Assembly (NCBI RefSeq): GCF_001186125.1
Contig: NW_014040341.1
Coordinates: forward strand, 92,122-112,121
DNA from: Sphaeroforma arctica JP610
Taxonomy: Eukaryota
Direction: 5' to 3'
DNA: 20,000 bases
Below, one piece after another: positions 1 to 10,990 of this stretch. Each line of letters opens with the position of its first letter. Position 1 is the first letter of the stretch. A program made the position numbers and the translations under genes. The notes beneath the pieces were generated by a model. It was given only the letters and a program-made list of their open reading frames with translations. It was not told the DNA's origin and made no database searches.

Positions 1-88
1 ACCTTGCTAGGAAAATAACAAAGTTGTTGAACATCTCTTTTTCACAGCATAAAACATCCAAGGTGCAACGCAAAGGCACACCACATAC

Positions 89-1265
89 GATGACTTCTCT
101 AGAGTAGGACCGTCCAGCGTAAATAACCTCGCAACAGGCACTTGTACTGGGCCGCCCGCTCCAGATGCCTGCGGCAACTGCCTTGACTTTGGACTGACCC
201 GGCTCTGAATCGATGTTTGGGACACCTGCTGCATCAATGTATTATTAGACATTCCATTTGTGCTTTTAGCACTCTCCTCCGTGAACGCGGGTTTAGGTCT
301 ACTGGCGGGTCTGGGGCGAGCCATAGGCACCGGTTTAGACTTGGGTGCGCCTGCGCGCGCATCTACGCTTGAAACGGACTTCTGAGACTTCAGCGTGCCC
401 TGGTTGAAAATTGGCTGTGCAGGGCCGTGCGATTCTGTCATGGACGGAGATAATACGATATTAGCAACCCCTTCTCGCGCTTGTTCATTCTCTGTGTGGG
501 CCTTTTGCGCATCCTGGTAATTCATATATAAGTCCCCCCCGTCCGGGTTGTGGTCTTGTACCTGTGGTACGGATTGTCTCGGTGCATGCGTGGGTGAAGC
601 TGGCTTAATGACACCCACATTCATATACGAGCTGCCCTCTCCTATAATTTGATTCTGGGTGTCGCTCGCATCGCGTGCATTTTGCATCTTTTTGGGTTCG
701 TACATGATATATTCGCCGTCATCCTCCGTAGTTTGCGGTGCACTATTAGTAGGAGCACCCGACTGGTCCGGATAGCTCATGTACGCATCGACATCACCGC
801 CTTTAGCCGGCTGAGAGGGAATGACCGTTGTACCGTTACTATCGTTCTTCATCTGCATCCTATCCTTGGACCCAAAGTTCATATATTCGTCCTGTTCCTG
901 GGGGGCCGCAGGATGTATAATGGGAGTATTGTCGTTCTCATCATAGTCGATATTGACATAATCCGAGTCACCTGGCGGTTGTTGTTGCATTTGTTGTTGT
1001 ATTTGAGGCGTAGGTGATCCCTGGGCACGCGTTGCTCCCGAGGTCGGGCGTGACTGCGTGAAATTCTGGTACAAACCCTCATCCGTTCCTTGCGAAACGT
1101 GCACAGTGGGATCAATATTGGACGCACTATTCGTACTGGTTTCAACGCGGTTCATGTATTGGTTATCTGGTTCTTGTACTGGCGACCGGGTTTGTTGTAC
1201 TGGTATACTTGGTGCGGATTTTTTCTGTGCCGGTGCGGTGGGTGCTTGTTTCTTCACCGCCGGAA
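89..1265 (-). CDS. Large internal exon (exon 2) of an uncharacterised, largely disordered Gln/Pro/Ser/Asn-rich protein with clustered tyrosine motifs (putative phosphotyrosine docking/adaptor protein); the gene continues off the left edge
   Basis: 416-codon open frame (7-1257) with no ATG at its start. The acceptor ttaAGcAG at 1271-1266 is phase 1, matching the phase-1 donor of the 3260-3767 exon. A donor tc|GTATGT at 88 and an acceptor ttttcctAG at 9-7 define an 82-nt intron, after which coding would resume at 6-1. Motifs YMNR, YQNF, YVNI, YMNF, YMSY, YIMY, YMNV, YMNY and Pro-rich PKSKPVPMARPRPASRPKP are read from the translation. Confidence 0.75.
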
Positions 1266-1659
1266 CTGCTTAATTAATGACACATAAGAGCAGGTGAAAT
1301 GAGTACGGGGCATCCACCTTTTAAATCACACTATTTCGACAGAAATGGGGCTTATGGCGTATGGGCACGAAATAAGATGAAATTGAACTCGATATCTATA
1401 TATAGAATTAAGCATGCCGGCATAAACACAATTATTTATACAAACATCATAATAGATGATAAGAACTTGAATACATACATATACAAAGGGCGTGACAATC
1501 GATAAGAGCTGCCTAAACAAATAAACACTTATACCAATTCTTCGTGAATAAGATCATAAAATCGACGACATTGTACAAATAGGTTTGTAGCAATATAATA
1601 TATATCGAAACATGGGAGAAGGAATACACGGATATATGCAAAGGAAACATGTAAATACA

Positions 1660-2318
1660 CATATACATACATAAATACACACACACACACTCACACACAC
1701 ACGTCCATACAAACTTATATACATATACATACATACATATATATATATGCTATACATATACAAATACATATACATATATATACACACACACACACGTCCA
1801 TACAAACTTATATACATATACATATATATATATGTTATACATATACATATACATATATATATATATAAATATATATACACACGTACACACAGACACACAG
1901 ACACACACAGACATATATAACACCCTCCGCCCCCCCCACAACACACACACACACATATATATATATATAATAACTGATACTATACTATTATTCTTTCCGT
2001 TCGTTACAACCACACACACACGCACGACACACACTATACTACTTATATTAAAACTAAACATNNNNNNNNNNNNNNNNNNNNATATATATATGGGTGTATA
2101 TAAAATTACTTATGTTTATGCATATATAAAATATATAAAAATTGATAAAGTTAAGTATATAAAAATATATCTGTACATATATACATATATATACATACAC
2201 ACACACAAATACACACACACACACACACAGACACATACACACACACACACACATATAAATATATATACCTACACAGGCACAGACACACAAACAACCCCCC
2301 CCACACACACACTCACAC

Positions 2319-2349
<31 letters not shown>

Positions 2350-2361
2350 CCTCTGTATATA

Positions 2362-2404
<43 letters not shown>

Positions 2405-2542
2405 GATTATATCTATTTATATAAATATACGTACATATACATATATATATATATATATATATGCAATACATGATATGTATCAGAATTAAAAAATAAATTA
2501 AAATAGTAATAACAATGATAATATATATATACATATACATAC

Positions 2543-2583
<41 letters not shown>

Positions 2584-2791
2584 GATATATATATATATAT
2601 ATACATATAGATATATAAATACATACATACATACATATATGCATACGTATATATATATACATATATATAATATACACTTACATACATTTGAATATAGATA
2701 TTTATAGAGATGAAGATTTTGATTTTCATAGAGATATAGACCTGGATAGATATATGTACTGATTTAGATAGAGAAATAATGAGATATAAAT

Positions 2792-2834
<43 letters not shown>

Positions 2835-2907
2835 AATACATACATACATACATACATATTTACATATAGATAGATAGATAGATACATACATATAGATACA
2901 TACATAC

Positions 2908-2957
<50 letters not shown>

Positions 2958-2958
2958 C

Positions 2959-2994
<36 letters not shown>

Positions 2995-3050
2995 TATATA
3001 TATATATGCACACACATATACATGTACATAAATATGTATAAATTTATGTA
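1660..3050. repeat. Compound (TA)n/(CA)n/(TACA)n/(TAGA)n microsatellite field filling intron 1 of the minus-strand adaptor-like gene; contains a 20-N gap (2062-2081)
   Basis: Direct inspection; includes a local duplication of acacacacgtccatacaaacttatatacatatacat near 1695 and 1790. Confidence 0.95.
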
Positions 3051-3259
3051 AAATGTGGAAAGTAATCATTGTTGTCTGGAGGATTTGCCTCCACCCAAAT
3101 ATATTATTAAAAATAACAAAAGTATATACGTACAAAATATCAAAAAACACTACAAGACAGTACCTATCATACATCAACAGAACATATACAAAAAGACTCA
3201 TAAATATCATAAACTAGTATACACCAACATAATATTTACATGTCCAGCATTATACTTAC

Positions 3260-3767
3260 ATGTAGGTGCCACCTGTGCCCCGCTGCCTCCCACACTCGCG
3301 ACAGCCGAGCCCCTCCGCTGTTGCTGCTCAGTGACTTCCAAGGTACTATCATTAGTTGTTTGAGACTTGGTTAATCTATTGTTAGAGCCCGTTGCGCTCG
3401 TATCAGCCACCAATGTAGGGGCTCCCATGGCAGGCTTCCTCACCTGGGCATACAGTTTGACCGTCTCCTTGCGGCCAAACAGGTTCTTTTTCTGGTGATC
3501 CACACGGAATGTCACACTTTTAACTCGGGATTGCCTGTTCAATAGCACAGACAGTGTACGAAGTTCTTCCACCAAGTCTTTCTTAGGTGCTGACGATAGC
3601 ACTCGATTGAACTCAGCTTGAGAGTCCCGCATACCTAACCACTCGTCTTTGGTAAGAAATTCTTGTACCATAGTTGTAGACCCCAGATCCATCTGCCGCT
3701 TGTTTACCAAAGTTCTGCCGGGTTCAAACTCCAGCAGTAAGTGAATACCATCCCTTTCCTTAACCAT
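3260..3767 (-). CDS. First coding exon of the adaptor-like gene (MVKERDG...; ~110-aa possibly folded N-terminal segment followed by a Ser/Thr-rich linker)
   Basis: ATG at 3767 in a strong context (accATGG); open frame with normal composition; canonical donor t|GTAAGT at 3259 after 508 nt (phase 1), compatible with the acceptor at 1266/1269. Confidence 0.75.
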
Positions 3768-4420
3768 GGTGTATGTGTATTTCTATGTGTGCATGCATGT
3801 ATAAGCGTAGTCGAAGTATGTAAAACTTCTGTATTCGTATTTATTGTATAAGACTATACAGGTGTAGCTTGTGTGACCTCTTCACACTCTATATGAAGTA
3901 CTTTTTACCCTTTAAAAGCAGGTGGCCCGTCGAAAACCTGATGATTGTACACTGCACAGCGACATTATATGATTTGTTCATAGATCTGCAATTCCACGAA
4001 ATAGTTCATGTTTCTCAATAAAAGTATACTCGTAAATAAAGTAGATCTACAAGTTCGGTACTATTTGGCGGTTTATATATATAAAAAAACTATATATAAT
4101 TTATTGTGTGGACTGTGGACTTTACTGGACTCTGGTTGTGAGGCGAAGAGATGGGAATACAATCGAGAAAATCGTACACCAAATCTTTCTTCCCACATAT
4201 ATATGTAGCATACAAAGGCTCCTTGCAAGACAGTGTGACTGTATCGTCCTGCATTGCGGATGACTTTATATTGCTGTAACACGCACGGAGTTGTAGAGAA
4301 ATCAAACATATCCATCTCCATTGGCATATACAGACTCACTCAGAAAATTACGTACTCACTTGTAAACATATACATGTATTTGAATACACTTGTATACCAC
4401 ATTCAATCAGTTTTAGTAGT
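3768..4420. promoter_or_regulatory. Probable bidirectional promoter / 5' UTR region between head-to-head genes
   Basis: 653 bp between the ATG at 3767 (-) and the ATG at 4421 (+); contains TATATATATAAAA near 4074-4086 and two TAGATCT motifs (near 3981 and 4042). Positional inference only. Confidence 0.4.
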
Positions 4421-5338
4421 ATGACGATAGAACAAGACCTGAAACGGTCGTTGGCAGATGTCTCACACAATCTCCACCAGCCGTGTAAGCGCTTTCATTC
4501 TTCTTCTGTTTACGACAGCGACAGTAATTACAACTTAAGCACGGACGATACGATGCTAACGTGTGGATCAACTGGAATAAACGGATTAGACGGGACCTCC
4601 AGCAGGCGAGATAGCGGGGCTGTGTGCGATGCGTACGATGATAGTAACAGTTATAGTAACACACACGCGCAGTTGGATTTCAGGACGTGTGGGGGCTCTC
4701 GTGTGCGCTGTGAAAGCTCCATGTATGCAATTGAATTGCACAACAACGCACCCGCACATTCATGTGCACACTCACACACACATCATCAAGGCTATCGCAC
4801 ACACGACCTTTCACATTGTACAAATACACATGTGTACACACACCCATGCATGGAATCACACGTAAAAGTAGACATGAATAGGGAGACGCATCTGACTGGA
4901 TCAGATCATTCTCGCAGGGTGCTTGCTAAGGCTGCACGTCGCATCACACGGACACAACCGCAACCACAACTACAATCACAGTCACTAGCTATACCTGTAA
5001 GGCATAGTATATCGACAGACGAATACGCTACACTGCTATGTAGAGCTGAGCCAGATACAGTAGCCATGAGCGACAGAGACCTGTATAACGAGTGGGTGTT
5101 TAATAGTGATAACAGCTACACACCTAGCCAGATCAGATGGCTGCAGAAACACCAACCGGCTATGGTAGGTGATGCATTAGGCCGGGGTCATGTCAGTAAC
5201 GGGGTTTGGGGTGACGACTATGGGAACAATACAAATGCGAATGCGAGGCGTACGCACTGCGATACCGATGAGGTGCTGAGGCGACAAGTGGCTCGGTTTG
5301 GATCCAAGCTGCGCACCACACAGTCTAGCTTTCTGTGA
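4421..5338 (+). CDS. Hypothetical 305-aa protein, single exon; Ser/Asp/His-rich and mostly disordered, with a C-terminal WH2/beta-thymosin-like motif
   Basis: ATG-to-TGA ORF of 918 nt, more GC-rich than its flanks, immediately followed by microsatellite DNA; no family recognised. Confidence 0.7.
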   Translation: MTIEQDLKRSLADVSHNLHQPCKRFHSSSVYDSDSNYNLSTDDTMLTCGSTGINGLDGTSSRRDSGAVCDAYDDSNSYSNTHAQLDFRTCGGSRVRCESSMYAIELHNNAPAHSCAHSHTHHQGYRTHDLSHCTNTHVYTHPCMESHVKVDMNRETHLTGSDHSRRVLAKAARRITRTQPQPQLQSQSLAIPVRHSISTDEYATLLCRAEPDTVAMSDRDLYNEWVFNSDNSYTPSQIRWLQKHQPAMVGDALGRGHVSNGVWGDDYGNNTNANARRTHCDTDEVLRRQVARFGSKLRTTQSSFL

Positions 5339-5359
5339 TATTCATGAGTTTAATCACGT

Positions 5360-5482
5360 ATTTTATTATATATTATATATATATATATATTATATTATAT
5401 TATATTATATTATACACACACACACACACACACGCACACTCACACACACACATATATATATATACATATATGTACATATATA
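5360..5482. repeat. (TA)n/(TTATA)n/(CA)n microsatellite
   Basis: Direct inspection. Confidence 0.95.
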
Positions 5483-6154
5483 GTGTTGTTCTCACGCATG
5501 GATTAGTGATTGTTTCCATACTTGTTAAGTATAGGTTGTCTGCAGGATTAGCGAGGGAATTATCAAGAATACCTATAGAGATGACCTTTGGCCACCGGGC
5601 TCGGTCGAGCTACTGCCTTTTCAACGAAGGCATGTACGATCAAGTGCACATGAGAAGAAGTGCCTTAATGACTGCGTTCTTAGTGTAAAATTTAGGTTGC
5701 TATTTAGGAGGGCCTTGGTTTGTGTGAGCGCAGCTGTCAGGGCCTAAGGGGTTATGCAGGGGTTTAGCTCAAGCAATACGCCTCATCATCCAAGAGAAAT
5801 ACGCGGAAGTATCATCGGGAAGTTTCATTCATAAGTGGTCCAGGCCCTACCGGCGTACCGTAGAAATATTCATCTGTGTCTGTAGGTAGGTGCGGGGATG
5901 TGCGAGGCGGAATCTTGGGTACCAGATTTACAAAAATGGTACACATGTGTGTTGCTATCTAGTTGCAGCTCTATATGAGCAGAAGAAAGTCGCACCGACT
6001 CTGCTTTGAACACGACCAGCGTTGGAGTAGAAAGCGGTCTGAACGTACTCGTCATGATCTGGGTCTGTAAACAAGGCTCACTGAAGGCCAAACCTATAGA
6101 AGAGTAAAATCGTCATTGGATATTAGGGACCGTGAGAGTATCTGTGTGGTGGAT

Positions 6155-6214
6155 GATATATGTAGATTGTGGTAAGGGGAAGAAGATATATGTAGATTGT
6201 GGTAAGGGGAAGAA
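6155..6214. repeat. Perfect 30-bp tandem duplication (GATATATGTAGATTGTGGTAAGGGGAAGAA x2)
   Basis: Copies at 6155-6184 and 6185-6214 are identical. Confidence 0.95.
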
Positions 6215-6544
6215 TAATTGTAGTATGATGCCAAAGCTGACGCAAGGTGGTTAGATATACGCTTGAAAATTGGGAGACACGCAAAATGTGTGTAGTATTA
6301 TATTGAAGACTTTTGTAAAGGAAATAAAATGTAGTTGTCGGCTTGTAACCGTTTATAGAGAATTTTGAACACGACAATACTCATTGTGACAGCTTCGTTT
6401 GCAAAACAATGTTCATATATGTGTTGACTGCTGTTAATGAACCATACATCTTTTAATTTACTGTCCATAACTCCATCTTGACAAGCGTTCATGCGGACAA
6501 CGTGTAAATCGACAGAGGTTCCTTTTTGAATCATCTATAAATAG

Positions 6545-6631
6545 ATACACGTATACACGCACGCGAACACAAACGCACGTTTACACACACGCACACACAC
6601 TCAAACACAAACAAACACACATAAAGATAAT

Positions 6632-6664
<33 letters not shown>

Positions 6665-6697
6665 TATCATATACACACACATATACATACTACATAC

Positions 6698-6734
<37 letters not shown>

Positions 6735-6743
6735 TATAATTAT

Positions 6744-6774
<31 letters not shown>

Positions 6775-6825
6775 CATATGCGTATACATATACATTAAAT
6801 ATATATATCTATATCCATATATATC
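6545..6825. repeat. (CA)n/(TA)n microsatellite field
   Basis: Direct inspection. Confidence 0.95.
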
Positions 6826-7023
6826 AGTATTGAAGGCACATATATAAATTCTGTGGAACACTATTCAATATATTCAAAGTCTGAAATTTTAACATATAAT
6901 TATGTTCGCTTCTTGTATATATATTTACACCTACACACTTTGCATATATTTATGGGTATGTATTTGTGTAGAGTTGCAGCAGCTTGTCATTGCAACTTCG
7001 TTAGTACTAGAATACTGTGATGT

Positions 7024-7081
7024 GACGTCGTAATGCTCGCAAATTCACCAACTCCGGCTGAATTTGCAAGCGCTACACGTC
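7024..7081 (-). ncRNA. Candidate pre-miRNA-like hairpin (58 nt)
   Basis: Arms GACGTCGTAATGCTCGCAAATTCA and TGAATTTGCAAGCGCTACACGTC pair over ~23 positions around an 11-nt loop; two C/A mismatches become G-U pairs on the minus strand. Structure only, no expression evidence. Confidence 0.25.
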
Positions 7082-7680
7082 GTGACCCATAAGCTGATTG
7101 AGTCAAGGTACACTTTCTCCGTGCTCAACTGGTCAAACACACGTGAGTAAATATTTCAGGTCTGCCCACTGTTGGTCTACTTAATTTCTGTTGTTTCACA
7201 CCGGACATATTTCCAACCTGCCTAACCACGACAAGCGTTGCCCCTACAAGAGTGCACAGCTCTAGTTATATCTCAGGGTTTCCAAAGCGAATAGCGGTGA
7301 AACCTCGGATTGAAGTTACGAGGCGGCCACGCGTGAGCGCAGAGGTGGGGAGTCAAGCTAGGTGGCTTTCTTACTGATATTTATACCCTATCCGGCAGGC
7401 TATATTGGTCACTCTCCAGAGAAGGCGATGACCTGGTATTGTGTATGATTTCTCACTTATACACAAGTGTGAAAAATATACTTGTGCAATAGAAGTGTAA
7501 TTATTTTGTAAGAGGGTACTGTCAAACTATTGCGCGACGTAGCACAGAAAAAACAGTATTGTTTTGACCCTTTGCAATTTTTCTGCAGTCTCATAGTTCT
7601 CTCAAGCGCTCGATTATAGATTCCACTTAGAGCAGAGTATATAATTATATAGTATATAGCCAGAATATGGTACACAGAGT

Positions 7681-8502
7681 TCAATCCAACGACTCGATAA
7701 ATCCACCTTTCGTAAATGTGACATTCTTATCCTCGTCGTTCTTATCGGCTATCTTTACATCTTCCACGAGAAAGCGACTCGTTTTCGAACCAGCGTGGTT
7801 CTCAATCTGTAACTTGACACCATTAGGTCCTTGTGTGCGTGGTAGTGAAAAGTACTTCTCTTTCCTACCACTTTCAGCACTAGCCCAGTTGCCGATCTTG
7901 CATTGTCGAGCTCTTAAGCGTCCGCTTTTCTCCAGCGACCTCCTTCGCGTTGCCTTTCCAAAGCCTGTTGCCCTAGCATCTGGTGCTACATGCTTAGTTC
8001 CTGTACGTGGTTCGAATGAATCCAGCCCACACAGTATGTCTATATCGTCTAAACAATCGAGCGAACTGTCGTTCCCATCCATCTCTGTGTCGTCGAGCAT
8101 ACCATCTAATTCAAGAAAGTGGGAAAGTGGCAGCGACGTTGTGTGTGCCATACTATCACTGCGCTCCGCATCCTTTGTGTCCAAGGGGATGATGCTTTCT
8201 ATGATACTATTACTAGAGGTCTTGCCAAATCCAGATCTGGGGATCTTCAGACTATTGCCCAATTGGGTGTTATTCATACTGTTGGTCATATGTATGGCAC
8301 TAGTCGATAGTTTGCTGTTGTTACCGACTGACCTCGGCATGGCATTTAGCAACGATATATCTGGCGTCTTGAACAGCTGTACATTCGAGTCGTCAACCCT
8401 ACCCATTCTTTTAAGGGCATCCACTTTGGAGTCTTTGCCTTTGATGGTGCTATTCGTGTCTTTGTTAAGTGAAGTAGTATGTCCCTTCCTTTTTTCTTTC
8501 AT
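7681..8502 (-). CDS. Hypothetical ~273-aa hydrophilic Ser/Lys/Asp-rich protein (single exon, or last exon of a longer gene)
   Basis: Open frame 8526-7681 with first ATG at 8502 (MKEKRKG...); the composition is typical of a disordered protein; a possible phase-0 acceptor TAG lies at 8535-8533. No family recognised. Confidence 0.65.
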   Translation of the reverse strand: MKEKRKGHTTSLNKDTNSTIKGKDSKVDALKRMGRVDDSNVQLFKTPDISLLNAMPRSVGNNSKLSTSAIHMTNSMNNTQLGNSLKIPRSGFGKTSSNSIIESIIPLDTKDAERSDSMAHTTSLPLSHFLELDGMLDDTEMDGNDSSLDCLDDIDILCGLDSFEPRTGTKHVAPDARATGFGKATRRRSLEKSGRLRARQCKIGNWASAESGRKEKYFSLPRTQGPNGVKLQIENHAGSKTSRFLVEDVKIADKNDEDKNVTFTKGGFIESLD

Positions 8503-10572
8503 ATTGGATGAACGATAAATATACACAGTTGGCTACGCATATCCTTTTACAACTGTCTCTAATATGCACTAATAATATGCAAATTTAAAATTATCAGCAG
8601 GACGGTATCATCTCGCGACAAGTCCTCAACAACCAAACTCCAGAAGGACTATACTGTGCTAAAAAAAGTCATAGAATTAAGGAATACATAAACAGGTTTG
8701 TATCGGAATCAAGCCTTTCTATGAAGAAAAAATAGAACATACCACATCTTATTATTTATCATTTCGGAGTTCCGCGAGAGATGCAATTCAGATGTCGTCT
8801 TCTTCCACTACCAAATTACGCCCAGAAATCCACGAGAGACCACAGGCCAGTGGCCAGGCCCGCAGCCTACAGAGAGGCGGTATTTATGTGAAGCTGGAGC
8901 CTGGCCTGGAATGGCCTTGGGCCCGCGGGCTGCTATTTATTTGAAGAAAAAAATAAATACTATTTAGTAGTCTCAGAAGTCTCAATTCATCAGTCTCAGA
9001 CTCTCAGTGCTCCGTCGCACAAGTTGAGTCACTGTGTCAAAACTCACACCCTGTTTCATAGGCTCAAAGCCCACTCCCAGGACTTTGAGGTTCTTATATC
9101 AATCCACCAGACCACCACACAGGCTCCACAACAGGACGGTCCAGGCTCCAGAGTACAGAGTCCATGTCCAGTCTCCACTCTTTTAAGGATACAATTCCCC
9201 CCCCCTCTAAAAACAAATTAAGCACCCAATAAATACATATGTAATTATACAACCATTACAACATATACGTGATTTCACTGATTGGTGATGTGTAATAGAA
9301 CAGAACAAATTTTCCATTCTCTCTGCAGTCTACAGTCTCTGTAAATACACCTTCTATGGTATTCTATGCATTTTTACAGAAAAAAAAAGTTTGTTTTAAT
9401 AAATTTCGGCGCAATGACAGTCACAGTCAGTCAGTCTCACAAACTACAGAGACATAGACTACACTCTACTACTAGAGTAGTAGAGAACTAGAGACTAGCT
9501 AGAGAGAGTAGTTGCATAGACTACACTCTGTTGACAGGACTCATCAGTCATCACAGCCCAGTGAGCCCACAGGCGACAGGAGTCACAAGACACAAATCAC
9601 ACAATGTTAGAACCACGATGAATCCACTTGATCATATAAAATCAGAAATATATTTTTACTGTTCTAAATATATAACATGATAATTACTATCAAATGATTG
9701 AATCATGATATTTTCTCTATTTTTATGAAGAAATGAGTAAAATAAAACGAGTATATATCATAAATATACTCACGATTTGGTTTTCTTTTGTTCTAAAAAA
9801 ATAGTAATATATAAATATAAATATTAAAAAAAAATCGACATATTTACATACTGGTCAGTAGTTCTGTACTCTGTAGGAGTGTGTGGTCCTGTAGCCTGAG
9901 GGTCACTGTATCAGCCATCAAGATTCAAGGACTGCAACTTTAACAGTTTAACGTCTTCTATTTATAGCGACTTTGAAAACACGAATGACGATTCGGATTG
10001 TCATATCAGTCTTGAATTCTCGATTCTCATAGGCCGGCGCCTCCCAACAAGAGAGTCTCAGAGACTCACAGTCTCAGTCTCTCAGACCTCAGGCTCAGTC
10101 TCACACTCTCACAGTACCTATTTAGCTCAATATTTTTGTGTTTTTAACTATTTTTATTTAAAACAAAATAGCTTGGGGGTTTTTAGTCTTTTAGATATTT
10201 CCACTAAAATATTCAACCTGGTTACGGACAGTCCGTTGTGGCATTTTCTTCTTCTCTAGTAGCTCTCTCTGGGTCAGGAACTATTGACCTGGTAAATTGG
10301 TAATTGCCAAAAGATCTATTTATTTTAGCACTTCTTCACAAAAAGTGGCAATTTTTAACTGATTTTGGAACTGATACATAGTTGTATTTTATATGACTCA
10401 AGGGCTCAAGGCTATGCATAGTAATTAGTTTTGTAACGATTCACGCGTGAAATCATAGCCTTTTAAATTAGACGCAAGGAGTGGGCTGGTAATGAAAGTG
10501 CGCAGGGAATATGCCTTGTACTACATATTTTTTCTACGAGGTGTACAAGAGAATACGCCTCAGCACCGCTTT

Positions 10573-10625
10573 CTATATATATATATATATCATACACACA
10601 CACGCACACACACTCATATATATAC

Positions 10626-10656
<31 letters not shown>

Positions 10657-10990
10657 ATATAAATATACATTGTTTATGTATATATATAATGTATATATAT
10701 GTATAAATATACATATACATATATATATAATANATATACATACATACATATACATATATATGTATATAAATATATATTTATGTCTATATATATATATACG
10801 AAAATCACACACATACACACACACACATATATATATGTATAAGCATATATACATATATACATAAATATAAATATATAATACGTAAATACATACAACATAC
10901 ATATACATATATATACATACATATTTATATGTACATGAATATACATATACATACACACATACATTCATACATACAAATATATATATATAC
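10573..10990. repeat. (TA)n/(CA)n/(TACA)n microsatellite field
   Basis: Direct inspection; one N at 10733. Confidence 0.95.

Noticed and set aside
649..1287. Plus-strand and alternative-frame ORFs within the large exon
   Set aside because: Shadows of the 416-codon minus-strand frame with no recognisable motifs.
1513..3210. Many 70-240-aa Y/I/V/C/H/T-rich ORFs (also at 5298-5483, 6667-6861, 10463-10968, 17568-18189)
   Set aside because: Translations of (TA)n/(CA)n microsatellites, which lack stop codons; several span N gaps.
3440..3767. Faint resemblance of the N-terminal segment to ERF4/Golgin-A7-like domains
   Set aside because: Only a loose helical pattern, with no cysteine cluster; not supportable without an HMM search.
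5602..5650. Stem-loop centred on TGCCTT-TTCAACG-AAGGCA followed by ACA (possible H/ACA snoRNA half)
   Set aside because: No convincing pseudouridylation pocket, H box or partner hairpin; a 6-bp core stem is expected by chance.
7667..8518. 283-aa plus-strand ORF fully overlapping the minus-strand ORF
   Set aside because: Probably an antisense shadow: in this register stops arise only opposite Tyr, His or Gln codons, which are scarce in the minus-strand protein, and the Ser/Leu/Phe-rich composition is typical of shadows. Stranded RNA-seq would settle which strand is real.
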